From Ignavibacteriota bacterium (GTDB lineage: Bacteria; Bacteroidota; Ignavibacteria; Palsa-1295): 64,000 nt of DNA. Positions 48,775-58,835 of this stretch are shown one piece after another (position 1 is the first letter of the stretch; each line of letters begins with the position of its first letter). The notes under the pieces are model-generated. The model saw only the letters and a program-made list of their open reading frames with translations, made no database searches and was not told where the DNA came from. The DNA is taken from the NCBI GenBank assembly GCA_963787835.1, contig CAWBEI010000002.1, forward strand, positions 320,001 to 384,000, given 5' to 3'. A program made the position numbers and the translations under genes.

Positions 48775-50904
48775 CTATTTCTGTTTAGCTTCTAATGCCT
48801 CAAGGCGTCGCTCCATTTCAGCAATAGTCTTTTCCTGCGCTTCGGATTGCGCATGTTCCTTCTTCAATTCCTCCAGCAACAGCACTGAAAGCATCGGATA
48901 TTTTACGGCATCGGGAATAACTTCCTCAGACTTTGATCCGGGTATCACATCTTTCGATTTTGCATATTCCGCAAGTTCTGGAAGCACTTTCGCCACATCT
49001 TCTGCGACAAGGCCGAAATATTCCTTCCCATCAATCTTAGAAGTATAACTCACGGGACGTAGATCGTACAGTTTGTCGGTATTGATATCCAGATCGTGAA
49101 TATTGGTTTTGTACCGTGCCGAAGAAGTGCTGCGCATGATCTGCCCTGTTGATGTTACCACCATGTTTGGGGAATTAGCCGTTGTGGCTGCATACGCTCC
49201 CTGGCAATAAAGTGATGAGACTGCACTATTCCCAAGCACTACTTGATTGCTCGTCGTTGCCTGTGCTCCGCTGCCAAGCGTAGTAGTGTTATTGAGACTG
49301 GAGGACGTTGGCCCCGAGCTCGAACCAATTGCCGTATTATCATTGCCAGTTGCATTTTGATTCAAGGCAAGATAGCCGAGCGCTGTATTGCGATAACCAA
49401 TAGAATCGGAAAAAAGCACATGATAACCAACGCCTGTATTATACGCACCGGTGGAATTCCAGAATAATGCAGATGATCCTACAGCGGTGTTTGCCGTTGC
49501 GCTATCAAGAATGGCGGGGCTATTCAGTGACCAGGAATACCCATTTCGGTAAAGCGCAGAATCCCCAATCGCGACGAGATATGATCGTTCCCATGAATAG
49601 GAGAGTGCTTCAGAACCAACCGCGACATTGAAGGAGCCTGAATCGACGTTATCCATGCTGTTCACGCCAACTGCGGTATTTTCTGACCCGTATTTAATAT
49701 TATACATAGAGCCAAATCCGACTGCACAATTAAAGGAAGGTGAATTCGTGTTTTCCATCGCTTCTGTACCGAAGGCGCTGTTGCCTGATCCCTGGCAATA
49801 CTTTAGAGTGGATGCTCCAAAAGCTGCATTGCTACTACCGCTCTGACACGTCTCTAAAGCCAAGTCGCCGCAAGCCGTGTTGCCACCTCCACTCGTATCA
49901 GATTGAATCGCATCAAAACCAACCGCGGTGTTTGCAGAACCTCCGGAAATCGAATGAAGAGCGCCAATACCCAAAGCGGTATTTGCAATCAAGCCGTGAT
50001 CGCTTGTGCCCGATCCCGCGCCTAAATAGACACAGGACCCATTATCTCGGCAATCTTGAAGATTCTTTATTGAATCAGGTCCGCTCGATTGGGTAACGGT
50101 CGCCGGTTTCCACGTTTTTCCGTCCCATGTTAATACTTGCCCGGTATCTGCATTCTGCTTTCCGAGCGAGATCGTTGCGATGGGGCCGCTTCCGTTCGTG
50201 ATCGTAATGCTGCTGTCGGAATTTTGAACGGCCTGAATGCCCGTACCTCCCGTGAAGGTTTGGGAATGAATCGTTATCGTAGTTCCGGTATCGGCGATGG
50301 TCGTACCACCCGCACCCACGAGCGTTAGTTTCCCCGCCGCCGAGTTGAGCGAGAGTACGCCGCTATTTCCTATACCGATACTTCCAGAATTGTTCGCGAT
50401 ACTGATGCCACTGCCTCCCGTGATCGTGATCGAGCCATAGGAACCGTTCACGTTACTGACATAAGAACCGGATAGCGCGTTCGCCGTCGTGGCGTGCGTT
50501 GCATAATTCGCCGAATCGGCATTCAACGCCCGAAAGGCATAGGGTGCGAAGCTGACCGTCGAGCGTGGGGTCAGTTCCGGCGCGCCATCGACGGATACTC
50601 CCAGGTAATACTGTTTCGTGAAATCGAGCGTGGGTAGCAGCGGAGTTACCGCGCCAATCGCAAGATTGAAAATGCCGTTCACTACCATGACGGTTTGTGT
50701 TTCCGAATACAGCGGTGATCCGCCTGTCTCGGAGGTATAGAGCCGGATGGTCAGCGTGTCCGTGCCATTGACGGCCACTCCGTTATTCTGGAGTAATCCC
50801 TGATACGAAATGGTCGGTGACGTTTGGCCCGACACATTAGTGTTGAAAAGTGCGAGAACTCCAACGATCCATGCAATGGATAAGCAGACGGTATATTTTT
50901 TCAT
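48775..50904 (-). CDS. Secreted fibre/adhesin-like protein with NTAxG beta-helix repeats and a peptidase S74-type chaperone tail
   Basis: Signal peptide; ISYQGLL N-terminal module; NTAVG/NTALG repeats; SSARYKTNIHDL..LRPVSY..GLVAEDV..coiled coil. Confidence 0.8.
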   Translation of the reverse strand: MKKYTVCLSIAWIVGVLALFNTNVSGQTSPTISYQGLLQNNGVAVNGTDTLTIRLYTSETGGSPLYSETQTVMVVNGIFNLAIGAVTPLLPTLDFTKQYYLGVSVDGAPELTPRSTVSFAPYAFRALNADSANYATHATTANALSGSYVSNVNGSYGSITITGGSGISIANNSGSIGIGNSGVLSLNSAAGKLTLVGAGGTTIADTGTTITIHSQTFTGGTGIQAVQNSDSSITITNGSGPIATISLGKQNADTGQVLTWDGKTWKPATVTQSSGPDSIKNLQDCRDNGSCVYLGAGSGTSDHGLIANTALGIGALHSISGGSANTAVGFDAIQSDTSGGGNTACGDLALETCQSGSSNAAFGASTLKYCQGSGNSAFGTEAMENTNSPSFNCAVGFGSMYNIKYGSENTAVGVNSMDNVDSGSFNVAVGSEALSYSWERSYLVAIGDSALYRNGYSWSLNSPAILDSATANTAVGSSALFWNSTGAYNTGVGYHVLFSDSIGYRNTALGYLALNQNATGNDNTAIGSSSGPTSSSLNNTTTLGSGAQATTSNQVVLGNSAVSSLYCQGAYAATTANSPNMVVTSTGQIMRSTSSARYKTNIHDLDINTDKLYDLRPVSYTSKIDGKEYFGLVAEDVAKVLPELAEYAKSKDVIPGSKSEEVIPDAVKYPMLSVLLLEELKKEHAQSEAQEKTIAEMERRLEALEAKQK

Positions 50905-51080
50905 AGAATTCCCGGAAATGGGTACATTACACACAGGAGACGACACGGGGAATCACCCAAAAGTCACAATAGCTTGAAAAAACTGAAGCTCCAAAACTTC
51001 TCACCCCGAACCCACTTCACCTGAAGAACAGGTGTAGAAGATTCGGGGCGAGGATCATTCGGTCTCGAAAAGGCTCTCGC

Positions 51081-51437
51081 TCACTCGCGAGAACGATCCC
51101 GCACTGCCTCGTGCCGAATCTGTGCACCGGGCCGAGCGTGGGTTTCTTTGTGCTTCAGGAGAAGTTTTTCGATCACTTTCATCGACATGTCGATCGCTTT
51201 ATGGGTCTCATCGGCGGACTCTTTCACCTTTAGCGTATCTCCGGGAACATGAATGAGCGATTCGAACGTCTTCTTATGTCCGTTAGAGCCCTCCTGATCT
51301 ACAATAAATTCCGCGCTGATTATGTTGGAATGTTCCCCATCGGAAAATTTATTGGCGACATGTTCAAATTCTGTCGTGATATACTTTTGGACTGCCTCTC
51401 GTGCCGCCTCGTGGCGGACTTGAATTCTAATGTTCAT
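51081..51437 (-). CDS. hpf: Ribosome hibernation promoting factor (HPF/RaiA, short form)
   Basis: MNIRIQVRH..VQKYI..IHVPGDTL..AID....IEKLLLKHKE; follows xerC. Confidence 0.75.
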   Translation of the reverse strand: MNIRIQVRHEAAREAVQKYITTEFEHVANKFSDGEHSNIISAEFIVDQEGSNGHKKTFESLIHVPGDTLKVKESADETHKAIDMSMKVIEKLLLKHKETHARPGAQIRHEAVRDRSRE

Positions 51438-51626
51438 AATGGTTTCTTTCATTAATATCGGTAAAAATTGTCCGCTCTGGGTACCGCACTGAAAACTTCT
51501 GAAAAATGGCAAATGTATCGGGAAAGGCGTTTGATCTCATAATAGTATCTACAGCAATTATACTGCCAATGTGCTCATATTGTAACACTATCGTAACGAT
51601 TTTATTACATTAAAGAAAACACCATA

Positions 51627-52706
51627 TTAGGGCTCCGTTCCGCTCCGGGGGTGCGCCTGATCATAGACGGATCTCATGCGCTCGATGGTAAGATGCGTGT
51701 ATCGCTGCGTGGTCCGCAGGGATTCGTGACCGAGTATCTCCTTTACCGCCCGAAGATCAGCTCCGTGATCGAGCAGATGAGTAGCCGTCGTATGCCGCAA
51801 CATGTGCGGATGTGCGCGGGACATGTCCGGTTGGCCTGCAAACGCCTTGGATACAATATCATACACCATTCTGGGCGTAAGTCGCTTGCCATTTTTTAGG
51901 AGAAATAGCGCGTGTGTGTCTTCAAAACCACCCCCTGGCCCCCTCCTTCTTAAGGAGGGGGAAATCGAACGGTGTGCCAAATATTCTTTGATGGCAGTCA
52001 CTGCTTTCGCTCCGATGGGAACGATGCGCTGTTTGGATCCTTTGCCGATCACGCGAACGGTGCGCGCCTTCAGGTCAAGCTCTCTGAGATCGATAGAACA
52101 TAGTTCCGACCGGCGAAGCCCGCTGGAATAGAGTAATTCTATAACGGCACGATCGCGGAGCGATAAGGAAGGAATCGCTGGAAGGGATGAAGGATGAGGG
52201 ATGAAGGATGAAGGTGGGAGCGAATTTCCTTCATCCTTCATCCTTCCAGCATCGTCGGCGATGCGTCCCTCATCCTTTTCCCGTGAGAGAACGTCCGCCA
52301 TTGCGCGTTCACTTACGACGTTTGGTAGATTCTTTTCTGCTTTAGGAGTCTTGAGGAGCCGGGCGGCATTGAATTCAAAAATTCCCTGCTTGACAAGGAA
52401 CTTCACGAACGACCGAACGGCCGCAAGCTTTCGGCCGATGGAGCTTGCTTTCATCGTCTTGGTAATTCCCTTTTGTGCCGGGTAAGCGGTCTGTTCGGAA
52501 AGCGTATGGAGATACCGGCGGAGGGCATAGAGATCGTCATGGGTGCCGGCGAGCACGAGGCGCTCCGATTTTAGGATACGGTAGAGATCGACGAGATCGC
52601 CTTCGTAGGCTTCAATGGTTTTGGGACTCGCCTCGCGCTCGTGTTCGAGGTATTCGAGAAAGGAGCGAAGCCATCGGGGGAAATCAGTGTAGAAATCCAT
52701 AGCCAC
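51627..52706 (-). CDS. xerC: Tyrosine recombinase XerC with two in-frame repeat insertions
   Basis: RDRAVIELLYSSGLRRSEL, GKGSKQR, HPHMLRHTTATHLL, LGH, TTQRYTH; smg-xerC-hpf context. Confidence 0.85.
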   Translation of the reverse strand: MAMDFYTDFPRWLRSFLEYLEHEREASPKTIEAYEGDLVDLYRILKSERLVLAGTHDDLYALRRYLHTLSEQTAYPAQKGITKTMKASSIGRKLAAVRSFVKFLVKQGIFEFNAARLLKTPKAEKNLPNVVSERAMADVLSREKDEGRIADDAGRMKDEGNSLPPSSFIPHPSSLPAIPSLSLRDRAVIELLYSSGLRRSELCSIDLRELDLKARTVRVIGKGSKQRIVPIGAKAVTAIKEYLAHRSISPSLRRRGPGGGFEDTHALFLLKNGKRLTPRMVYDIVSKAFAGQPDMSRAHPHMLRHTTATHLLDHGADLRAVKEILGHESLRTTQRYTHLTIERMRSVYDQAHPRSGTEP

Positions 52707-52760
52707 CAGTTCGCCGGATGCATCGGCGACGATGCTGCTTCCGGTTTGTATCGAACGCTC

Positions 52761-53309
52761 TTAATGGACCCGATCGGAGCCGGTTAACATCACGCGCCCT
52801 AATGGAGAATACGGAGCATCGAAATGGAACAACATGCTGGTCACGAAATCCTTGACCTCTTCCAGCGAGGCGCTTTGCGCGCCGGAAAGCATGATGCGGT
52901 CGATCATGAACTCCAGATCGGAATCCGTAAGAATTCCCAGTTCAAGCATTTGCAGCATGAAGCCACGGGCTTCCTTGGAAATAACGGAACTTTCTATTTC
53001 GTGATAGACGCGGAAACTTGCGAGATCCTTCGCGGGGCCAAGCAAGCTCGGCTTTTTTCCGAACGGTACGGCAAGGATAAGCGGGTCGTCCGAGCCTTGC
53101 GAAAATTTATCGATCAGCCAGGAGAACGCGGTCGATATTTCGATCTCGCTAAAACCACGCACCGAAAGCGGTTTGAGGTCGATCTCGGCAAGGGGTTTGT
53201 TCTCTTTGATCTCCGAAAGGAGAAAAAACACGATCTCCATGATGCGCTCCCGCCCAGAGGCATCCGGCGCGCCGGATACATTCTGTTCGAGTGAGTTATT
53301 CGCGTTCAT
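52761..53309 (-). CDS. smg: Smg/DUF494 family protein
   Basis: GFSEIEISTAFSWL, FRVYHEIE, RGFMLQMLELGIL..EFMIDR. Confidence 0.75.
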   Translation of the reverse strand: MNANNSLEQNVSGAPDASGRERIMEIVFFLLSEIKENKPLAEIDLKPLSVRGFSEIEISTAFSWLIDKFSQGSDDPLILAVPFGKKPSLLGPAKDLASFRVYHEIESSVISKEARGFMLQMLELGILTDSDLEFMIDRIMLSGAQSASLEEVKDFVTSMLFHFDAPYSPLGRVMLTGSDRVH

Positions 53310-53360
53310 CGTACTAATTTCTATTAAAAGAGGAGCCGTGACATCAGTCGGCTATATTCA

Positions 53361-53801
53361 TCATTGGAATGTAGCCAAATACCAACGCTCCCGTGTTCTC
53401 ATTTGTTTCCTGGCCGAAGCAGTCTTATCCTTATAGCCCGCGAGGTGCAAAACGCCATGAATAATGAGGTGAACGATCTCCATATCCACTGTTCGCCTAA
53501 ACCGTTTGGCATTCTCCATCGCACGTTCAACGCTGATGTAAATTTCAGATTCCAGCGCGGTTTCTGACCGTTCGATCTCGAAGGTGATAACATCCGTCAG
53601 CCAATCGTGGCCCAATGCCGTGCGATTGATCTCCAGCAGTTCATCATCCGACATCGAAACGACCGACAGATCGAACTTCCCTATTTCAGGCAAGTCGGTC
53701 TCCGCAACGAGCACAGCAGCCTGTTTCATGTTCGCTCGAAGCTCGGCTGGGATGGCAAAAATCTTTCGAGCCTGAGCCGTCTGCGTCAAACTAAATTTCA
53801 A
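53361..53801 (-). CDS. ybeY: rRNA maturation endoribonuclease YbeY
   Basis: INRTALGHDWLTDVITF, EIYISVERA, HGVLHLAGYKD. Confidence 0.88.
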   Translation of the reverse strand: MKFSLTQTAQARKIFAIPAELRANMKQAAVLVAETDLPEIGKFDLSVVSMSDDELLEINRTALGHDWLTDVITFEIERSETALESEIYISVERAMENAKRFRRTVDMEIVHLIIHGVLHLAGYKDKTASARKQMRTRERWYLATFQ

Positions 53802-53822
53802 CTGAAAATTGCTTTTGTTAAT

Positions 53823-53947
53823 GTCATCCTGAGCGGAGTTCGTTCGACGAAGGAGAACGAACGGAGTCGAAGGATCTGGTGCATGTCCGGAGATCCTTCG
53901 ACTTCGTCTTCCGCCGCTCCGCTACGGAAGACTACGCTCAGGATGAC
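53823..53947. repeat. GTCATCCTGAGCG...GTCGAAGGATCT inverted REP-like pair
   Basis: GTCATCCTGAGCG ... AGATCCTTCGACT ... CGCTCAGGATGAC. Confidence 0.85.
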
Positions 53948-53969
53948 ATGGAAAATTCTGGCGAGGCCA

Positions 53970-54452
53970 CTATTCCTCGTTACGAAAAACTTCGGTGTGT
54001 TCGGCAAAGATCTTCAACGCAACGGCGGCGCGCAAATCCTCATCGCCAACTTCGGAAAGCTCCATCGGTCCCAGCGATTCAGAGATATTCATATACACCT
54101 GGATCGCCCCGCGTGAGCTTAACGTGAGCATCGAAAGCTTACCCGGCGTGGGACGCGAATAAAATGCCGCTTCTTCCGTTGCAGCAAGCAAACGAATCTC
54201 CTCGATGCCGTGCAATTCCACAATACCAAGCGCAGAGGTAACCACCACGCAGGCGTCGCCATTCTGCTCCATCAAATTAATTTCAAGAAGCGGGCTTTCG
54301 CCAGCAACGGCACCGCCGCCATCGGTTCGGGACGTATGATAAATAAGGATATTCGCCTCACGCGAATCCATTCCTGTATCACGCGCGCTCGACATCGCAA
54401 TACCCTCTAAGGTATCGGCAAGGCGTTCGATCAATTCCGGTCGTAAAAGCAT
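53970..54452 (-). CDS. Hypothetical protein
   Basis: 160-aa ORF co-directional with ybeY; GAAC-N18-CGTT motif upstream. Confidence 0.6.
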   Translation of the reverse strand: MLLRPELIERLADTLEGIAMSSARDTGMDSREANILIYHTSRTDGGGAVAGESPLLEINLMEQNGDACVVVTSALGIVELHGIEEIRLLAATEEAAFYSRPTPGKLSMLTLSSRGAIQVYMNISESLGPMELSEVGDEDLRAAVALKIFAEHTEVFRNEE

Positions 54453-54563
54453 GTGTTCTGAACGGAGCGTCCGGCACAGAGGGTTCTCTGCCAGCAGTGT
54501 TCCAGTACGAAAATACGGAATAAATTGGGGGGTGGGGTCTGAACCGGGATTTACGTGATTCGC

Positions 54564-54623
54564 GTGTACACCGGGTTTTAACCCGGTGAAGTGTCCTCCA
54601 CCGGGTTAAAACCCGGTGTACAC
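54564..54623. repeat. Inverted pair of GTACACCGGGTT..AACCCGGTG palindromes
   Basis: GTGTACACCGGGTTTTAACCCGGTG...CACCGGGTTAAAACCCGGTGTACAC. Confidence 0.75.
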
Positions 54624-54634
54624 AGGAAAGTTAG

Positions 54635-56821
54635 TCACCGCATCAGCACCACCGGCAGCGTCTCCACCTGCCCATTCATGCGAATGAGGCATTCATACAC
54701 ACCTTGTTTAGCGTAGGCATTCTTGCCTGCGTCCCAGGTAAAACTGTGCTCTCCTGCACCCAACTCACCGGAAAACAGCCGCGCAACCTCCACGCCAAGC
54801 ATATTCACAATGGATACCTCCGCATATCCGGCAGCTTGCGACGTGAAGGTGATCTGGGTGGATTGGGAGAAGGGGTTGGGGTAAACAAAAGCTTCAGTTT
54901 GAGGAGGCAGTTTTTCCGATACAGAACTTGCTGCAATCATTTCAGATACAGGCCTGCGCCAAACGCCACTATCCGTGCCAATGAAAATATTCGAATTGGT
55001 CGAAGCAATTGTGTATACATCAGAGTCGTGTAAACCCTGATTGAATTTTGTCCAGAAGTCCCGTTTATATGATGAGAAATAGAATCCATGTGGGCAGCCA
55101 CAGAGGAGAAACGAACCATTATTGTCAAACCATGAAATAGATACTTTATCAAGGGAATCTAATCCCCAATTCAAGGATTGCCAAGTGCCACCTAAATCTG
55201 TTGAAACTACTACTCCACCATATTCGTCGCCATAAGCATCAACATAAAAACGAGTTGTACCAATGCTGTCCGTATCAATCGCCAGTGCATTCACCCCATA
55301 ATCATTGTTCGAGAATTGGTTAAGAATGTCCCAACTACGCCCCTGATCTTTGGAAAGAAAAACGCAACTTTCTAGATTAAAAATTCCCCCGGCAAATAAG
55401 TAGCTGCCGTTAGAGGTCAAATTAAGAAAAAGTGATGTCATAGGCGTACTGAGTATTTTCCAAGTCGTGCCATAGTTGGTGGAACGAACTAAATCGCCAT
55501 ACCACGAGGCAGCATACAAAAACGTATCTATTGTCGCAAATGACAGTACTTCCGGATCATTTGACGGGAAATTTGGAAAACCAGAATCGACTAATGACCA
55601 AGAATCTCCGTAATCCGTAGAGCGAAATGGCCCTGACGCTGTCCCCGCAAATATGATCGGGCCTGCGCTCGAATGAATGACATTGAGAGCGGTTATTCCT
55701 ACATCCGACAAACCACGATTACGCTGAACCCATGAAAATCCGGTATCTGTAGAAAGATAAATCCCAAGAGAGGTTCCAGCAAAAAGGTTTTCGCCATCCT
55801 TCAATAAAACACTCGTTTGAAGAACGGATGTAAGTCCCGTATCAAATTCCACCCAACTTTGGCCTGAATCAATAGAGCAAAAAATTCCGTTGGTCGTCAA
55901 AATAAAGAGGCTTGTGTCTCGGATTATTACATCGCTGACAATCGTATTAAAGAGACCCTTATTACTGGATACCCAACTGTTTCCGTCATCGCTTGATAAG
56001 AAAATTCCTCCATTGGTTGCAGCCACGAGTTTAGCTCCGCAACGAGTGATCTTGTTGACATTACTATCGGTCAAACCGTTATTAGCGGGACGCCAGCTTG
56101 CACCTAAATCTGTAGAAGAAAAAATACCTTCACTTGAAATGGAGGCAAATACTTTTATACCACTATCCCCAAATAGCATAGCTGTCAATGCTTCATAATG
56201 AAATGGAAGGGTTGAGTCAACTTCGGTCCAGCTTACCCCGTTATTGCTTGAGCGGAAAATTTGCCCAAACTCTGTTCCAGCTAATATGTATCCTGGAATA
56301 GTAACAAGACTGATAACGTATTGAAAATCAATATCGGAATCAGCCGGAACCCACGTCGCTCCTGAATCTGATGATCGAAATACTCCGCTCTCATACGTAC
56401 CTGCAAAGACAAACGAATCATTTACTGTAAAACAATTAACGGTATTATCGGTGAGGCCCGTACTTGACCATTCCCAATTCACACCACCATCCGTTGAAGC
56501 ATAAATGCTGTTGCCAACATTGCCAGTATAACCACTATCGAGTCCTACTAAGAGCTTTGAACCAATCGCCGTGATTGCCATTACATAGCGATTGAATGGC
56601 AACGGAAATTTTGTGCTTTTCCATGTTTTGCTACTACCTGTCAACGAGGCAATCGGGTCGAGAGAAGTATTCCCAGCAAAGACCGTTGAATCCGCCACAG
56701 CAAGAAACGTTGACCAAACGCCGTATGGACCATTGGTCTCCACCCATTGCCCACGAACAGTAGATACAGTGGAGAGAGTAAATATAAATATCGAAAAGCT
56801 TAGGACGAGTTTGTGTTTCAT
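54635..56821 (-). CDS. BNR/Asp-box beta-propeller secreted protein with T9SS CTD
   Basis: Signal peptide ending GQW; many SxDxGxxW repeats; CTD VYPNPFSQST...GVYECLIR. Confidence 0.85.
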   Translation of the reverse strand: MKHKLVLSFSIFIFTLSTVSTVRGQWVETNGPYGVWSTFLAVADSTVFAGNTSLDPIASLTGSSKTWKSTKFPLPFNRYVMAITAIGSKLLVGLDSGYTGNVGNSIYASTDGGVNWEWSSTGLTDNTVNCFTVNDSFVFAGTYESGVFRSSDSGATWVPADSDIDFQYVISLVTIPGYILAGTEFGQIFRSSNNGVSWTEVDSTLPFHYEALTAMLFGDSGIKVFASISSEGIFSSTDLGASWRPANNGLTDSNVNKITRCGAKLVAATNGGIFLSSDDGNSWVSSNKGLFNTIVSDVIIRDTSLFILTTNGIFCSIDSGQSWVEFDTGLTSVLQTSVLLKDGENLFAGTSLGIYLSTDTGFSWVQRNRGLSDVGITALNVIHSSAGPIIFAGTASGPFRSTDYGDSWSLVDSGFPNFPSNDPEVLSFATIDTFLYAASWYGDLVRSTNYGTTWKILSTPMTSLFLNLTSNGSYLFAGGIFNLESCVFLSKDQGRSWDILNQFSNNDYGVNALAIDTDSIGTTRFYVDAYGDEYGGVVVSTDLGGTWQSLNWGLDSLDKVSISWFDNNGSFLLCGCPHGFYFSSYKRDFWTKFNQGLHDSDVYTIASTNSNIFIGTDSGVWRRPVSEMIAASSVSEKLPPQTEAFVYPNPFSQSTQITFTSQAAGYAEVSIVNMLGVEVARLFSGELGAGEHSFTWDAGKNAYAKQGVYECLIRMNGQVETLPVVLMR

Positions 56822-57203
56822 TTCCTAATAACACATCAGCAAACCATTAGTCGTGGGAGCAGCACACACGTCGGCATCACCGCGAGCGCGGCGAAGAGGG
56901 TGAGTGCGAGAAGCTGTTTCGGGAACATGGTAGTATTTGTATGGAAAACCTTAAGAGAGGTTAAAAGTGCCGATGGTAATGGTCAATTCGGAGCGGCTAT
57001 TTTTTAATTGAGTTGACGGGCAGCTATTTCTCGGAGAAATAATACGGATGAATTATGACCTTGAGGTCTTCAAGATAGCTTTATCTTCATTCATCGGAAT
57101 CAGAAAACTGAAACATGGATTTGTTGCTTACGTTAGAAAACATCGCCTCTTATCTCAGGCAAGCATTTTCTCTACAACAAATTTTAATACAGGAATCAGA
57201 TAT

Positions 57204-58811
57204 ATGTTAAAGAAACGACCATTAGTAGCAGCCATCTTTTTGGTGGTGATCGGTTTGGTATTCGGAGCGACCTTAGTAACCGGCTTTGGCAGTTGGAAAG
57301 GCATGAACATTGCCTTTGGCGCCAGTCAGCCGGAGCTTGGAGGACCTGCCCCCGAGCTACCGAACGATCAGGTACTCGAAAGCTTGAACGGCTCGTTCGT
57401 CGCGATCGCTAAAGCGGTTCAGCCAACGATCGTCCAGATCAATGTCAAGACCGAAGCACCGAAAGTCGCAAAGAACGACAAGAGCGATAACAACAACCCA
57501 TTTCAGCACTTTTTCAATTTCGGCAATGGCGATGATGGAAGTGGCAATGGCGACATCCCGTTCTTCCAAATGCAGCCCCAGCAACGTGGGCCTGAAGAAG
57601 GTATTGGCTCCGGTGTTATCATCACCAGCGATGGATATATTCTTACCAATAACCACGTAGTAAAGGACGCGGCGAAAAAAGGTGGAATTACCGTCCAAAT
57701 GACTGATAAACGAGTGTTCGATGCCCGATTGGTTGGCACCGATCCAACAACAGACCTGGCCGTCATCAAGATCGAAGCTTCGAACCTTCCGGTCGCCGCG
57801 CTCGGCAATTCCGATCAGCTTGCCGTTGGGCAGGTGGTATTGGCGGTCGGTAATCCGCTTGGGCTCGAATCGACGGTAACGGAGGGCATCGTATCCTCGC
57901 TTGGTCGTCCGCTTCAGATCTCGGAGGATAAGAACGTCGGCAATTACGGCATCTCGAATTTCATTCAGACCGATGCCGCGATCAATCCCGGTAATTCCGG
58001 AGGCGGGCTGTTCAATATCAAGGGCGAGGTTATTGGCATTAACTCGGCGATCGAATCGACGACAGGTATGTTCGCCGGTTACGGATTTGCTATCCCGATC
58101 AATATGGCCAAGGGCGTCGCTAACGACCTTATCAAGACCGGCAAAGTAAACCGCGGCTATATTGGGGTGCAGATCGCCAACGTCGATCAAACGATGGCCG
58201 AGGCGCTTGGCCTCGATCGCCCACGCGGGGTTCGCATCGATGAGATCGTCAAAGGTGGCGCCGGTGAAGCAGCAGGGCTCAAGCAGAATGATGTTATCCT
58301 TTCCGTCGATGGGCATGAGACCAATGCCTCGAACCAATTGCAGGGCCTGATCGGCATGCACCACGCCGGAGACCACGTTACACTGCACATCTGGCGCGAT
58401 GGAAAAGAACTGGAGAAGACGGTTACGCTCAAGCCTCGCGAGGAGATCGCCGATAATGACGCAGATGCCGATACCGACAACGGACAAGCTGAGACCCAGG
58501 AAGAATCAGCGAAATCAACAGCTACATTGGATAATGTCGGCTTGACGGTGCGCAATGTAACGGCAGATGACAAAGATACCTATCATGTATCGAATGGCGT
58601 CGTCATCACGAACATTCAGATGGCTTCCGAAGCGCAGCACGAAGGGCTCCGCACCAATTACGTGATCACCGAAGCGGCTCACCAAAAGGTGACCGATGCC
58701 GGAAAGTTCGAAAAGATCATCAAGGATAACCAGGGCAAAGCGGTGGGCCTGAACGTCGTCGATAATAAAGGCGATTCGCACTTCTACGCGATTAAAGTTC
58801 CAACCGAATAA
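57204..58811 (+). CDS. degP: Periplasmic serine protease DegP/HtrA (two PDZ domains)
   Basis: GSGVII..GYILTNNHVV, DLAVIKI, IQTDAAINPGNSGG; start at ATG 57204. Confidence 0.93.
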   Translation: MLKKRPLVAAIFLVVIGLVFGATLVTGFGSWKGMNIAFGASQPELGGPAPELPNDQVLESLNGSFVAIAKAVQPTIVQINVKTEAPKVAKNDKSDNNNPFQHFFNFGNGDDGSGNGDIPFFQMQPQQRGPEEGIGSGVIITSDGYILTNNHVVKDAAKKGGITVQMTDKRVFDARLVGTDPTTDLAVIKIEASNLPVAALGNSDQLAVGQVVLAVGNPLGLESTVTEGIVSSLGRPLQISEDKNVGNYGISNFIQTDAAINPGNSGGGLFNIKGEVIGINSAIESTTGMFAGYGFAIPINMAKGVANDLIKTGKVNRGYIGVQIANVDQTMAEALGLDRPRGVRIDEIVKGGAGEAAGLKQNDVILSVDGHETNASNQLQGLIGMHHAGDHVTLHIWRDGKELEKTVTLKPREEIADNDADADTDNGQAETQEESAKSTATLDNVGLTVRNVTADDKDTYHVSNGVVITNIQMASEAQHEGLRTNYVITEAAHQKVTDAGKFEKIIKDNQGKAVGLNVVDNKGDSHFYAIKVPTE

Positions 58812-58835
58812 GTAATAGAATAGATCCATAGCGTA

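Noticed and set aside
48775-50904. Prophage tail gene
   Set aside because: Has a Sec signal peptide and no neighbouring phage genes
51627-52706. Integron integrase or phage integrase
   Set aside because: Housekeeping smg-xerC-hpf context; the extra segments are repeat-derived and no cassette array is adjacent
53798-54007. 69-aa ORF upstream of ybeY
   Set aside because: Mostly translation of the REP-like inverted pair at 53823-53947
57357-58487. 376-aa antisense ORF (and similar ones opposite recA, cmk and the dnaQ-like gene)
   Set aside because: Shadow frames of well-supported genes with no recognisable motifs
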